Positions 1 through 14,760 of a stretch of DNA of 64,000 bases are shown piece after piece; position 1 is the stretch's first letter; the number at the start of each line of letters is the position of its first letter. The notes below the pieces were generated by a model, which made no database searches, was not told the DNA's origin, and saw only the letters and a program-made list of their open reading frames with translations. The translations under genes were made by a program, and so were the position numbers. The stretch comes from Eledone cirrhosa (lineage: Eukaryota), in NCBI GenBank assembly GCA_964016885.1, contig OZ024752.1, forward strand, positions 35,712,001 to 35,776,000, given 5' to 3'.

Positions 1-210
1 AAGTTGCCATCAACCGCTATTTTATAAGGTATTTTATATGAGCAAACTATTCTTTATATAAACTTTATAGATATATTTTTTTATTGCGGTGTTTCATATT
101 TTCTTATTAGTGCTCTATGATTTGTTGATAAAATACAATTACCTAAAACCCACGGATCTTTCTAAATGATACCAGTCTTTTTTTTATTTTTATTTTATTT
201 TATTGTTTTG

Positions 211-247
<37 letters not shown>

Positions 248-350
248 CAATAAAATGGTTTCATACATCCTTCAATCGTATTTGTTATTTCCAGATCGAT
301 GGTATAAATAATTTCTCACCCTGCTAGTGAAATTAATGTGAAGTGACTCA

Positions 351-543
351 GAGCATTCCACTCACAGACATTCCACTCACAGAGCATTCCACTCACAGAG
401 CATTCCACTCACAAACGTCGTTCTACGAGAGATTCAGCGCCACACAATGTATGGCAAAGATTCAGCGCCACACAATGTATGGCAAAGATTCAGCGCCACA
501 CAATGTATGGCAAAGATTCAGCGCCACACAATGTATGGCAAAG
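351..543. repeat. Adjacent 18-bp and 26-bp minisatellites
   Basis: GAGCATTCCACTCACA-type units, then GATTCAGCGCCACACAATGTATGGCAAA four times. Confidence 0.85.
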
Positions 544-721
544 CAAGTCCTTTGAATTATATTTACGACTCATTTGTTTTCCAGTTTAGCTGACTGGGGC
601 AACGTAAAGTAAAATGTCTTATTCAAGAACACAATGTACCGACGGGATTCGAACCCACGACATTACTACCGTGAGCTGAATACCCTAACTAGCTAACCAC
701 TCACCTTCACTATACACATAA

Positions 722-905
722 TTGTTTCTACTTTATGGCACAAGGCCAGCAATTATTCCAGTGTATTACTGGTACTTTATTTTATCGACCCCGTAAGGAT
801 GAAAGGTAAAGTTAACCTCGGCAGGATTTGAGCTCAGTCTGTAAAGGGACGTAACTGTGCTACAAAGCATGGCGTCCGACCCTCTACCGATACTGCCAAT
901 CCACC
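722..905 (-). mobile_element. tRNA-derived SINE, family 1 (about 190 bp)
   Basis: Pol III box A (TGGCAGTATCGG) and box B-like (GAGTTCAAATCC in the consensus), conserved body and ...AGTAGAAACAATTA end; more than 15 copies in the window. Confidence 0.85.
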
Positions 906-1152
906 ACATAATGCAAACACATGTATTTATGTATGGTCCTGTAACTCCCGAGGGAGTCATAGGGGGCGCTGTATTGACATACAGCGTTTCTGGGGCATTT
1001 TTACACCTGGAGGAACCCGTCTCCTCTCTAGGTCTGAAATACAGTAGATTTCTTCTAGAGGAGGGCATAGAATGAGGGAAGGGAAATGAGAAAGAGATAC
1101 AGGGGACCCCAGTATCGACCCCAGTACTAGACTGGTACTGTTTTTATCGACT

Positions 1153-1383
1153 TTAACCCTTCAGCATTTACATTACTCCATATATACTATTGTATTTTCG
1201 CAGTATAAGCTTTACCTCAACTGATTATCTCATATAATATCAAATCTATGAGATTTTGATACTATTTATTTGGAGAACAATACTTTAAAGTCGGTATGAG
1301 GGGGCCAGTTATGGCCGGTTTGAATAGAAAAAGTTGAAAGAAATCTGGCCGGATACGGCCGGTTTAAATGCTGAAGGTTTGAA
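1153..1383. mobile_element. piggyBac-like MITE
   Basis: TTAA-CCCTT(C/T)AGCATTTA terminal inverted repeats; other copies at 35734-35957, 52172-52558, 52870-53206 and 60491-61553. Confidence 0.7.
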
Positions 1384-1918
1384 TGGATGAAAGACAGTTG
1401 ACCTCGGCAGGATTTGAGCTCAGAGAACAAAGAGCTAAATCGTATACCACACAGTATCCATCTGACGTTCTGACGACTCTGTTAATTCGCTGCCTAATCT
1501 GTAGATGTAGACGTAGAGTTAGACATGTACAAATACACAACCAATTAAATTTCTGATTCTATTACTATTTAATGATAAGGTAAGCTAGTAACTTGTGAAC
1601 TGACTGGTTATAACTTTGTATTGGCGATCGAGTAACGCGAAAACAAGCGGATAGCGATCTCTAGACCTACCAGTTCAGAGAAACAATTGTCAGTAATGAG
1701 ATTAAAAACCTTTTTTGTATAGCAAACCGTGTCACTCTTCTTTCCTGATTTATTATTACTCCAAGTGTTTACAACATAGGAATTACAGCGTACTCGCAAC
1801 ATCACTATGAAAACGCCTTGTTGAGTCAAACTTAGCCAAGCGTTGATATCATCCACTACCCGGAATACCATAACTGGACTACACCTAAGTGGACTGCATA
1901 TAACTATTATTTGTTCCC

Positions 1919-1969
<51 letters not shown>

Positions 1970-2002
1970 TGTGTGTGTGTGTGTGTGTGTGTGTTTGTGT
2001 AT

Positions 2003-2074
2003 ACAGGATGTCCGAAAAAATGTATACACACTTCAACAGCATTCTAATAAAATGTGTATACATTTTGGGGGACC

Positions 2075-2077
<3 letters not shown>
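2003..2077. mobile_element. Tiny Tc1/mariner-type MITE
   Basis: CAGGATGTCC...GGACCCTG inverted ends in a TA context; similar element at 48714-48786. Confidence 0.6.
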
Positions 2078-2122
<45 letters not shown>

Positions 2123-2154
2123 CTATCTATCTATCTATCTATCTATATATATTT

Positions 2155-2245
<91 letters not shown>

Positions 2246-2246
2246 C

Positions 2247-2675
2247 AGGTGAGCATGTCCAACCAACCTCAGTCTCCTCTGTGTCACTTTTGAGCTGACT
2301 TTTGGGATGCTCCCATACAGCTCTGAGTTTTTCATCCTCAGTGTATACTGATTAATGTTCAGAGCCATCCTCAGCATTCTCGTGTAGCACCCATCCACCA
2401 TCTGAGTGAGTCTCTTGGTCAGTGTCCAAGTCTCAGACCCGTACAGCAGCACAGACTCCACTACAGCAATGAAGAGGCGGATTTTCAGGTCTCTACATGG
2501 GAGCCCCTACATGGACACACTAGAAGAGGAAGACCAAGGTTAACATATGTTGATGCCCTAAGGACAGACACTGGTCTGTTGGAGATGCAGGATATGGCAG
2601 CGATAATGAGGGACAGAGACCGCTGGAGAGAACTCGTCCATGGATCTCGGGAATTTTACCCGCCTTAGATAGATA
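2247..2675. mobile_element. Same RTE-like family with 5' inversion
   Basis: 2247-2500 on minus encodes LLYGSETW...GHAH; 2501-2675 on plus carries the downstream PLHGHTRRGRP...FYPP* and the TAGA tail. Confidence 0.88.
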
Positions 2676-2689
2676 TATACAGGGAGTAT

Positions 2690-3646
2690 ATATATAAATA
2701 TATATATATATATAAATATAAATTAGCGAGAATCCAGCCGATTTCCTCGAAATTTGTAGCACACATTGGATAGTCCCCTTGAATTGCTGTGGACAAAAAA
2801 AAATACCGATTCCATTAATGGTTTCTAGGAAATTTACGAATTAGCATCGGGCATTACATGCCATTTTCATTTTCAATATAAACGCTACTTAAACATCGTA
2901 AGTAGCGTATAATATTTCGTTAAAAATTTGGTTTACTTAACAGAGGACACAACACTTACTTACTTTTAAGCAGGACCATTTTTGGGGGATTGAGGAAATG
3001 AGGAGGACCTTAAAAATTTTGTCGGCGCCCTGTTGACGCTTCGTGCTTTCATCACGTGCAAATCCGGGCCCTGTGTACGTTGCCGTGTTATTGACACCGT
3101 AAAACTCACGTCTGTGCTACTTCTACTAAGACCCCTTTTGTTGCACCTACACCACAGTATGAACGCCCTGCACAAGTACGCCGAACAGCAGGGTTGTGCT
3201 AATTCCACGGTGACCCCTTTTGTCCCACCTTTGTTACTGTGTAAACAGAGTGCAACCAGTGCCGCCCAGCGTTTGTGCTAATTGTACTATGACCCCTTTC
3301 TGCTGCAGCTATGTTGCCACGCTGAGTTCGTCATCTCAATATCCCTACTTGGTTTTCACACAATTGACTACGTCGCTCCTTCAGACTGACGTGTGTTCCC
3401 CATCCGTGACGTAATTCGTGAACAACACTTACTTACTCCTTTCGCATACAGGGTTTCCGTAATCAGCCCACTGACACTGCTACTACTGGATTCGGCCTGC
3501 TGGTGTTCTACGTTTCCAGTAGATGAACAATTATTCCCTGAGAATAAGGGAATTCAAAAAGCACGCAGTTACATTCCTCAATCTTTGCATCTGCGTGTTG
3601 CTATTTCACGTTTCCTACCCCGTGCAACGCCGGGTACCGCTGCTAG
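2690..3646 (+). mobile_element. Non-autonomous Helitron-like element
   Basis: 3' hairpin CCCGTGCAACGCCGGG (3619-3634) followed by CTAG|T at 3643-3647; 5' end is approximate. Confidence 0.6.
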
Positions 3647-3939
3647 TAATTAATAAAGGAAACAAAATACACGTATGCAAATATATATGTGTGAGGGTGA
3701 GTGTGTGTTTGTGTGTGTGCGCGCGTTCGTGTGTTACAGCGAATTAAACCAGAGAGAGAGAGAGGGTGAGGAAGGGAACAGCTGCAGAATGAATATTAAT
3801 TCCCTATGATTATGAAGAACGTAACACGTAATTATTCTTCTGGTATGTTATTTACCTGTTATAAATCACAGAAGTACTTACTGACATCAAACGTTTTTTT
3901 TTTACACTTTTCCAACACCAAACACTTTATCTTTGACTA

Positions 3940-4634
3940 TCTATAAGATGTGCAATGATAGGTTCTATTGTAGTATAAAAGTTGAACCAAATAAATTGAT
4001 TTAAGTGTAAGGTGGACCCGAAGTTTCGAATTTGAACTAAATCGGTTGAAAAATGTAGGAGCTAGAGCCGAAAAGGCGGAAATTTGAGTGAAAAGGTGGT
4101 ATTTTCGAATATTTAAGCGGCTGCCACGCCGTTCCTGAACAAAAAATTCAAAATGTAAAGCCACTTTAAGACGTGAAATAATTAGATCTAGCGTAGTGTA
4201 AAATTTGAACAAAGTAGGTTGATTAATGTGGGAGCTAGAGCCGAAAATGTGAGTCTAAAAGTGGTATTTTTTAATATTTAAGCAGCTGCCACGCCCCCCT
4301 GAACAACAAATGCAAAATATAAAGCCATTACAGAATGTGCAATAATAAATTCTATTTTGCTTTAAAATTTGAACGAAATCGGTGGCAAAATATGGGAGCT
4401 AGAGCCAAAAATATTATGTTTCGATACCTAAAAAAGGTTAACCCCCCCCCCCCTTATCGATTTTTATCTGGAGGATGACCCCGGAATAAAAAAAAAAATG
4501 ATCCGCTAATATATAGAAAACACTCCCCGATGACTAATCTATGAGCCTGTAAAGTTTCTTAAAAATCGGTCGTAAGATGTAGGCCCCTATAGGTAATACA
4601 CAGACACACATACTTAATTTTATATATATACAGA
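3940..4634 (-). mobile_element. Possible second Helitron-like fragment with internal repeats of about 170 bp
   Basis: TCTGTATATATATAAAA...TGTGTGTCTGT 5'-type end; three diverged internal repeats containing GGAGCTAGAGCC. Confidence 0.4.
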
Positions 4635-4654
4635 TATATATAATCATATACACG

Positions 4655-4688
<34 letters not shown>

Positions 4689-6148
4689 GTGGTTAGAGAA
4701 TTGGATTTGCAACCGTGAGGTTGCAAGTTCGATTCCCGAACAGGGAGTTGCGTTATGTCCTTGAGCAAGACACTTTATTTCACGTTGCTCTTTCTACCAG
4801 GAGTTGCGACCAGTAGATAGTATCATCAATTGGAAAGAAAACGAATGGAAACATTGTTTCCTCGGTCCAATTTCACGAGTTCCACCTCACTCGGTAAGCG
4901 AATAGCGTCCGGGATCTTGTCATTCGTTAAAAATAAAATTTATAAAAGACTTGAAAAATATTGATTGAACCCAATATGATTAAATCTTTTTAGGGCAATC
5001 TTCCAGCATGGCCGCGGTTTAATGACTGAGACCAGTTAAAAACAATGAGAATAATTGTTTCTACAGTTGGCACAAGGCCAGCAATTACCCAGTGCATTAC
5101 TGGTACTTTATTTTATCGACCTCGTAAGGATGAAAGGCAAAGTTAAACAATAAGAATAATAAAAGAATAAACGTTTGCATCTAATAATAAGGGAAGTTAC
5201 CTGCAATAGAGAACTGTCCGATCCCAGTAGAGATTTATCTCTCATCTTGGTTAATCCTACTGAAACCAGAGTTAATCCTTTAACGAATTATGTTGTAGAC
5301 AAAAAATAGGATGTTTTAAAACATGTATGCCTTTATACTAAATCCAGTTTCATCACACTGTTTATATGTCTATATATTAACGTCCCCTTTATTTACGTGT
5401 CCCAAAGACTTTTTTTTAGCCGTTGCTCGCACCAACCGGAGGTATATGGCCTTTAATGCGACGAAATGCCTACGACGGCTGGAAGGCCTCTGATGAGGAC
5501 AAACTTTTTCATATGTAACCCATTTGCAGCGCCGCAGCTCCATTATTATCATATTTACACATATATTTTTTCCTCCGCTGCCACCAGTCTGTTTCGTTCT
5601 TTGTGTCTTTACCCTTTCTATCAGTCTCTCTCTCTCTCTCTGTTAGCCCCTTCCTCACCTTTCACTCACTCACTCTCTGTCACTACCTCTCCTCCTCCCC
5701 TTTCTTCCCGTTTGACCTGTCCACAATCCTTTTCTCGCGGGCACTTGGCCAAGCCGGTATGAATTTTTTTCTCTCTCTCTCTCTCTCTCTCGTCTGCGAC
5801 TTCACAGAACTTATGTTTACCGAATTCGCAGACCAGACCCCTTCTTCTTCCTCCCGTTAGACCTGTGCGAAATTCCTTCCTTGCTCACATTTCAACCAGG
5901 TTTGATGGTCTTTAGTCTCTCGTTCACGATTTCACCGAGTTTATATTCATAGAAATCTGGGACTTGTCTCTTTCTTCTCACTTTCTGTTGCTTAAACCAT
6001 TTTGTTTGTTCACCCCAGCGTCCCCTTTATTTACGTGTCCCAACGACTTTTTTTAGCCGTTGTTCGCACCAACCTGAGGTATATGGCCTTTAAAGTGATG
6101 AAATGCCTAGGACGGTTGGAAGGCCACTGATGAAGGACTTACTTTTTC

Positions 6149-6280
<132 letters not shown>

Positions 6281-6509
6281 ATATAAGCGTCTGAAGATCA
6301 GTCACAATGTTGATCCCTCTTACGTTCTGGAGATTTGGTCAATATTGGGCCTTGAAACCATGGGCAGCGGGCGGGTTTGTTCCGGGTATGAATATATATA
6401 AATATATATATATATATACTATATATATATATATATAATATATATATACATATACTATATATATATATACATATACTATATATATATATACATATACTAT
6501 ATATATATA

Positions 6510-6561
<52 letters not shown>

Positions 6562-6738
6562 TATACATATATATACTATATATATATATAATATATATAT
6601 ATATATAATATATATATATACTATATATATATATATATACTATATATATATATATATACTATACATATATATATATACTATATATATATATATATATATA
6701 CTATATATATATATATATACTATATATATACTATATAT

Positions 6739-6783
<45 letters not shown>

Positions 6784-7960
6784 TATATACTATATATATA
6801 TATACTATATATATATATATACTATATATACTATATATATATACTATATATATATACTATATATACTATATATATATATATATATATACTATATATATAT
6901 ATACTATATATATATATATATATATACATATAGTATATATATATATATATACTATATATATATATATATATATATAGTATATATAGTATATATATATAGT
7001 ATATATATATATAGTATATATAGTATATATATATATAGTATATATAGTATATATATATATATACAGATCAGAGCAAACAGCACGGACACTCTATCTCAAA
7101 ATTATTTTTGAAAAGCATTTAGAAATGCGCAACCGGTAAAAACTTAAAAACTTAAAACCACAACTGAATACTAACCCATACAATCACTAATACTCTTTTA
7201 TTCCTAATTAAACCATTTTTCAACTGTGAACAATTTGTCAGCATTTTCTATTCCGTTTACCAATATATATATATATATATATATATATGACACTACTCTA
7301 AATATACAACCACAAATACACTTTTTCCGGCATTATCCATGCCAAGCTCATACTCCGAGATAACTCCATAGCAACAATTATTAGATGTAATTCTTCAAAC
7401 GAGTATTTTACTTTCGTATTCGAATAATCAATGACCACTTCTCTTCTGGTTGAACCAATTAATTGCGAGAAAATGTTTCCAGCGGACAACCTCCTCTCTA
7501 GAATAAATGCAGGTTAAGTCAATCGAACATGTTTTATGCGTCACATAACAGGCAAAGCGCTTAAATTGCTGCCTTATTTTCAAGCATACACACACATATA
7601 TACCTACATATATATATATATATATTTAATACAATAACAGAGATAGTTTAAAGCTAAACTCTGACTGGTAACCATCTCACTCAACAAACATTAGGTTATA
7701 TTTTAATATAAACCCAATTTAAGTGTTTGGGGTGCTAACGATATGTATTATGTGGAAAAGCCAGTTGTATTATTTTATGAGATATAATTAAAGTTAAAAT
7801 ATATATAAATATATATATATATATATACTATATATATATATATATATAGTATATATATATAGTAAAGTTATATCCGTAATAGCCCATGGGACAAATTGGG
7901 TAAAAGTAGTCCCACAACAATTAATAAACCAACGAAAATGGTTTAACTGTTGTGGAACTA

Positions 7961-8048
<88 letters not shown>

Positions 8049-8050
8049 TA

Positions 8051-8084
<34 letters not shown>

Positions 8085-8086
8085 TA

Positions 8087-8120
<34 letters not shown>

Positions 8121-8281
8121 CGAAGGAAATGTGGTAAGGAACCAGGTGGACCATAACGCACCAAAGTACTCAATACTTGAGGTAGTAGAGTGGGTAATAG
8201 GAACCAGTAAGACCCCGACGGCTAATTCTCAGAATTAGCAGTCGAAACGGCTTGAGCTCAGCTGTCGGGGTCTTACTGGTT

Positions 8282-8363
<82 letters not shown>

Positions 8364-8412
8364 CATATATGTATATATATATATATATATTTATTATTAT
8401 TACTATATATAT

Positions 8413-8587
8413 AGTATCGGTAGAGGGTCGGACGCCATGTTTTCCAGCATAGTTACGTCCCTTTACAATCTGGGTTCAAATCCCGCCGAGGTTGACTTTG
8501 CCTGTCATCCTTGCGGGGTCGATAAAATAAAGTACCAGTAATGTACTGGGTAATTGCTGGCCTTGTACCTAAAGTAGAAACAATTAT
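8413..8587 (+). mobile_element. SINE family 1 copy
   Basis: Near identical to the other copies. Confidence 0.85.
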
Positions 8588-8713
8588 TACTATATATATA
8601 ATAGTAATAATAATAAATTTGAAGACTAAAATCCAAAGAGGGCTCGATAGGGATAAATATATATCAAATATATAAGAACCGTAGAGCAAATATTTATTAA
8701 AATAACAGATTAA

Positions 8714-8764
8714 AGTTTAAGCAAAGAATCGCTGCTTTCACCCTTAACGGGATCTTCTGAAACT
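8714..8764 (-). ncRNA. Hammerhead-like fold with CAGAAGA core
   Basis: AGUUU-CAGAAGA-uCCC(guuaa)GGGu-GAAA-GCAG(cgauucu)UUGC-UU-AAACU; further copies near 25737, 43703 and 47858. Confidence 0.55.
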
Positions 8765-9553
8765 AACAAAGTCGATCTGTAAACGCAGAACTGGATATTT
8801 CAAAAAACGTTGCAACCGGAGAAAGACAGGAAGACGATACTTTGGTTCGTGGAAACGTTCCCTGGCAAAGAACGGGAAAAAACGAATATAATACGTCATT
8901 AATAGGAGCGGTGAAAAGCAATTACGCACAAAGACAGAGCCACGTTTATGGTATAAAAGAAGTCGTAGACTAATGTTCTCTTGGGTGGTTCGTAGAGACG
9001 TTCTCTGGCAATGAACGGAAAAAACGAAGATAATACGTCATATGTGGAGCGTGGAGAACAATTGCACGCAAAGACAAAACCACGTAAATGGTATAGCAGA
9101 AGTCGTAGACTAAAATTCTAACTAGGAAACCGAATTAATCTCCGCTTCAGAGTTAAGAATAAAGTAAATAAAATACAATACATAGGAAATAGAAATTAAA
9201 TAAATACATACACGCATGCAAATACGTACATACACAAGCATACGCGAAAACACTTGCCATAGGTATACAAAACCACGCACATATAAATATGTGTGTGTGT
9301 TTGCGTGTATACAAATAAATAAATAATTAAATAAACGTATATAAATAAATAAATACGTATATAACAAGCGCACACACATACCTACATGTAAATATGTATA
9401 TGTATATATATATGTATATATATATGTGTGTATATATATATGTATATATATATATATATATACACACATATATATATATACATATATATATATACACACA
9501 TATATATATATACATATATATACATACATATATATACTTATATATATATACAC

Positions 9554-9614
<61 letters not shown>

Positions 9615-9691
9615 CATATATACATATATACATATATATATATATACATATATACATATATACATATATATATATATACATATATATATAT

Positions 9692-9765
<74 letters not shown>

Positions 9766-10040
9766 TGTTATACTTTGGGAGGGTCATGTTGCCAATAAGA
9801 AACACACGCACCAGTTGCTTTCACTTCAATTTATTATATATTTATAAATTTATAAATTTACAAACTTATAAATTTCTGGTTGGTTGGTTGGTTCCACAAC
9901 CAGATAGTTGTTTATATATAGTCATAGTCCTTTCGTCACACACTCTGTTTCTTATTGGCAACATGACCCTCCCAAAGTATAACAATATCGGTTTCAACAC
10001 ACGATTTCAGATAAAGAATCTTGCTAAACAAATTCAGAAA

Positions 10041-10100
<60 letters not shown>

Positions 10101-10305
10101 CCACCTTTGTTTAGCTCTAGGTTTTTTTTGCTTTGGACTATATTTGTAATATGGTTCTAAATGTTATACACCTCCTTAGTGATTTTTATTATATATTTTT
10201 ATTATATATTTTTACCCATAATCTTGCAATACTTTAGTGTATGTACACTCCATATTCTTCGGAGTTTCCGGCTTGTATTGGCCGATAATACTTCTTGTTG
10301 TTTTA

Positions 10306-10352
10306 ATTGCACTGATGAGTCCTTAATAGGACGAAACATTGTTGGCTAATAA
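10306..10352 (+). ncRNA. Hammerhead-like motif, degenerate stem I
   Basis: CUGAUGA-GUCCU(uaau)AGGAC-GAAAC-AUU-GUU followed by AAUAAA; stem I pairing is poor. Confidence 0.55.
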
Positions 10353-10499
10353 AGACTTTTGATGTATTGAAGGCTTCTTTGTTTTACTTTCATAAATCTT
10401 CGGCTCTGTTTAATTACATTGAGCTATACCTTTTACTTTTACTGTCATTTCTATAATACGAAGAGGGTGTTTAACTCCAACATGCTCCAGTATTTTAAC

Positions 10500-10560
<61 letters not shown>

Positions 10561-10845
10561 GAAGGAGTTGTGGTAAGGAACCAGATGGACCATAACGCAC
10601 CAGAGTACTCAATACTTAGTGTAGTAGAGTGGGTAATAGGAAAAAGTATGACCCCGACGGCAGAGCTCAAGCCGTTTCGACGGTTATTAGTCCAGAAATA
10701 GCCGTCGGAACGGCTTAAGCTCTGCCGTCGGGGTCATACTTGTTCCCATATATATAGTAAATGAGTGAAGAATAACGTGATCGGCTGTCCAATAGAGTTT
10801 ATTCAAAGTATTAACAATTGTTTCATTAGTCCGATATCTCTTTAA

Positions 10846-10993
<148 letters not shown>

Positions 10994-11181
10994 TTAAAGA
11001 GATATCGGACTAATGAAACAATTGTTAATACTTTGAATAAACTCTATTGGACAGCCGATCACGTTATTCTTCACTCATTTACTATATATATGGGAACAAG
11101 TATGACCCCGACGGCAGAGCTTAAGCCGTTCCGACGGCTATTTCTGGACTAATAACCGTCGAAACGGCTTGAGCTCTGCCG

Positions 11182-11215
<34 letters not shown>

Positions 11216-11377
11216 ATAAGGGCGCTGCGGAGTTGCAAATGGGTTACATATGAAAAAAGTGTGTCCTTCATCAGTGATCTTCCAACCATCATAGGCATTT
11301 CATCGCTTTAAAGACTGGTCATTAAAGCGATGAAATGCCTATGATGGTTGGAAGATCACTGATGAAGGACAAACTTT

Positions 11378-11442
<65 letters not shown>

Positions 11443-11745
11443 TATGTACATATATATATAAGTTAAAGAGATATCCTTATTTTAAAATATATCTGACCAA
11501 GAATGCCTTTTGTGAAAATCAGTCATGTGGAACTATTGTCATCTTGCCTGATGGTTTGAACCTCACAGAACCACCTGCCTCTTTGAGGTCAAATACCAAC
11601 CCTACTACCATCTACAAACTGACCAATGAGAGCCAAGACTATTCCTGCTGACAACATCAAAATATTCCTAACAACCTCATATGTCCCAAGGCTCTGATAC
11701 CATCAACACTATATACACAGAGCTGGCATATTTAAGAACTGACTA

Positions 11746-11801
11746 ACTGCCTGATGAGGTCATAGCCATTCAATGGCTATCATCGAAATATATATAGCAG
11801 T
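11746..11801 (+). ncRNA. Minimal type I hammerhead ribozyme
   Basis: ACUGC-CUGAUGA-GGUcAUAGCCAU(uca)AUGGCUAUcAUC-GAAA-U(AUAU)A-UA-GCAGU, followed by AAUAAA. Confidence 0.85.
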
Positions 11802-11848
11802 AAATAAAGGATTATGAGTTCATGCAATTGACTTATGTTTCGTCACTA

Positions 11849-11886
<38 letters not shown>

Positions 11887-12155
11887 AAACTGGAGTCTTA
11901 TTTTTTTTTAAATATATATATTTATTTGGTTCCTTTATTTTGGTTCCTTTACAGGTTTCACTACCCGCCGCCTTTCTGAAGACGGCGGGTAGTGAAAACG
12001 TATGTATCTTTTTCTTACTACGATATGTTGTAATATGTTTTACATAGATCAATAATAGAATGAACATACAGGGAACTACCCCCCAGAAACGATCGTAAAA
12101 TAATGTGTTTTACTATGAATTAACGGTTTTGTGTTTAATTTCATTGTTTTAATAT

Positions 12156-12225
<70 letters not shown>

Positions 12226-12344
12226 CGAAGGAAATGTGGTTCAGCTACCCCTTCCTTCCACAAATTGCCATGATAGAATTATGTGTCTCAACAACAAACT
12301 TTTGACCAATCCTTGTGACAATCACTTTTACCATATATGGAATT

Positions 12345-12440
12345 ACCCCCTGAGAAGCTCGGCTATTCATATACCAGGATAAAAATGTTCATTTAATCCA
12401 GAATTAGCCGTCGAGACGGCTTGAGCTCAGCCGTCGGGGT
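12345..12440 (+). ncRNA. Degenerate hammerhead with long stem III
   Basis: ACCCC-CUGAGAAG..CGGCUA..UAGCCGUC-GAGA-CGGCU..AGCCG-UC-GGGGU; sister copies near 8240, 10700 and 62340 keep the 3' half. Confidence 0.55.
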
Positions 12441-12456
12441 CCTAGTCGTTCCTATA

Positions 12457-12550
<94 letters not shown>

Positions 12551-12778
12551 AAAGTTCTATTTAAAGTTGTTGGGATACAACAAGTAAATATTTTTATAAC
12601 TGATATAAAGCACTCGACAAATTTTTGTTGTAGATATACGATATTAATAAATGGAAACTATATTTATAAAACCATATTTATTTCATTATACATATTTCAG
12701 GGATACCACATTAAATTATGGTAATGGTTGTATTTTAAAAGGGTACGTCAAAGCTATTTGTAAAACTGTTATATATTG

Positions 12779-12843
12779 TATTTTGTCTGATGAAGGCATA
12801 CCATAATTTAATGTGGTATCCCTGAAATATGTATAATGAAATA
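12779..12843 (+). ncRNA. Minimal type I hammerhead ribozyme
   Basis: UAUUUUGU-CUGAUGA-AGGcAUACCA..UGGUAUcCCU-GAAA-U(AUGU)A-UA-AUGAAAUA. Confidence 0.8.
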
Positions 12844-13052
12844 AATATGGTTTTATAAATATAGTTTCCATTTATTAATATCGTATATATATATATATAT
12901 TATTTAAATCCTAGCTTGAGTCTTGTTAATCTAGAGTTTCTGCAGTGTACTGGCGACCCTGTCAGTACACTGCAGAAAGTCCATGGTAACAAAACTCAGA
13001 CATGGTTTTTATGGTGTTAAATACTCATTCTCGCGACCGTCGATACTAAGCA

Positions 13053-13119
<67 letters not shown>

Positions 13120-13159
13120 GATATTAAATAAATGGAAACTATATTTATAAAACCATATT

Positions 13160-13418
13160 TATTTCATTATACATATTTCAGGGATACCAAATTAAAATAT
13201 GGTATGCCTTCATCAGACAAAATACAATATATAAACAGTTTTATAAATAATTTTGACGTACCCTATTAAATGCAACTATTATTTTTGGAAGCTTCCAAAA
13301 ATAATGGTTGCATAGGGTACGTCAAAATTATTTATAAAACTGTTTATATATTGTATTTTGTCTGATGAAGGCATACCATATTTTAATTTGGTATCCCTGA
13401 AATATGTATAATGAAATA
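13160..13418. ncRNA. Two hammerheads in opposite orientation (13160-13224 minus, 13354-13418 plus) in a foldback island
   Basis: Same fold as 12779-12843 on both arms of the palindrome at about 13118-13461. Confidence 0.8.
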
Positions 13419-13458
13419 AATATGGTTTTATATATATAGTTTCCATTTATTTAATATC

Positions 13459-13531
<73 letters not shown>

Positions 13532-13666
13532 ATTATATATATATATATATATAAATGTATGTATATATATAGTTATGTGTTTATGTATACGCACACACTC
13601 ACACACGCACACCCACACTCACACATATATATCTATATATATATAGTTATGTGTGATGTGTGTGTA

Positions 13667-13718
<52 letters not shown>

Positions 13719-13760
13719 TCAAAATATTAATAAATATAGACATTCATGTGATCAAATATA

Positions 13761-13822
13761 TTTTATTATACATATTTCAGAGGTACTGAGCTCTTTCATC
13801 AGTACGTCCTCATCAGATAAAA
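13761..13822 (-). ncRNA. Minimal type I hammerhead ribozyme
   Basis: UUUUAU-CUGAUGA-GGAcGUACUGA..UCAGUACcUCU-GAAA-U(AUGU)A-UA-AUAAAA. Confidence 0.8.
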
Positions 13823-13951
13823 TAAATTGATGTCTGTCATACCTCAACTGTGCTGATGGTTCAATTCCAGTCTTGGCAGTCAAAACTGTGCTTCTAATCT
13901 ATTTTAAAACTATATTCATTGATTAATCAATGAACCTGGTTAAACTTTTGG

Positions 13952-14004
<53 letters not shown>

Positions 14005-14005
14005 A

Positions 14006-14100
<95 letters not shown>

Positions 14101-14439
14101 TATTCGCGTATGTGTGTGTACTTTACAAATATTTAAGTTGTTTTGTTTATACAAATCAATTTTGTTATAAAATTAATTTAATAAGGATATAATAGTGATA
14201 ATTAGAGGAGTATTTTCTAATTATTTTCTACTGTAAAATTAATAAAAAATCGCTTCTAGATCAATATACCAATATTCTTTAGGCAAAACTGTGAAAGCTG
14301 GATTCTTCAATTGTATTTATTTAAAATACTGAAACTTGGTTTTCTTATAAGAAGTGATATATAAAATGTCATTCTAATACATTTATATACCTCTTGCAAC
14401 AATAAGGTCCAACATGATAGTTTTATTGTTCCTTAACAT

Positions 14440-14760
14440 CAAATACTTAAGATGGTAGCACAGGAGGACAAATATAGATGTTCTATGCTGTGCAAAGACA
14501 ACAAATGTCAAAACAATGATCCAGAACAACCGTTGCAGATGGCTCGGCAATGTATGCCAAATGGAAGATTCGCATTCCAAAGCAACTTCAGTTTGGTAAG
14601 AGAAGTTTAGGCCGCTCATGGAAGCGCTGGAAGGACTGCATTAAAGACAGTCTGAACATCTTCGAGTTCAACCTGTCAACGTGGCACGAAACTGACAGTA
14701 TACCGCTGTGTCTGGAGGAAGCAGACAAAGAATGGCTGCACACTTTCCACTCACAGACAC
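14440..14760 (+). pseudogene. Highly decayed RTE-like LINE fragment
   Basis: Residual R.RWLG, PKQL.FG and GR..KRWKDC.KDSL motifs with frameshifts. Confidence 0.6.

Noticed and set aside
7298-7500. Possible exon on the minus strand with a ttctag acceptor
   Set aside because: No recognisable protein similarity or partner exons.
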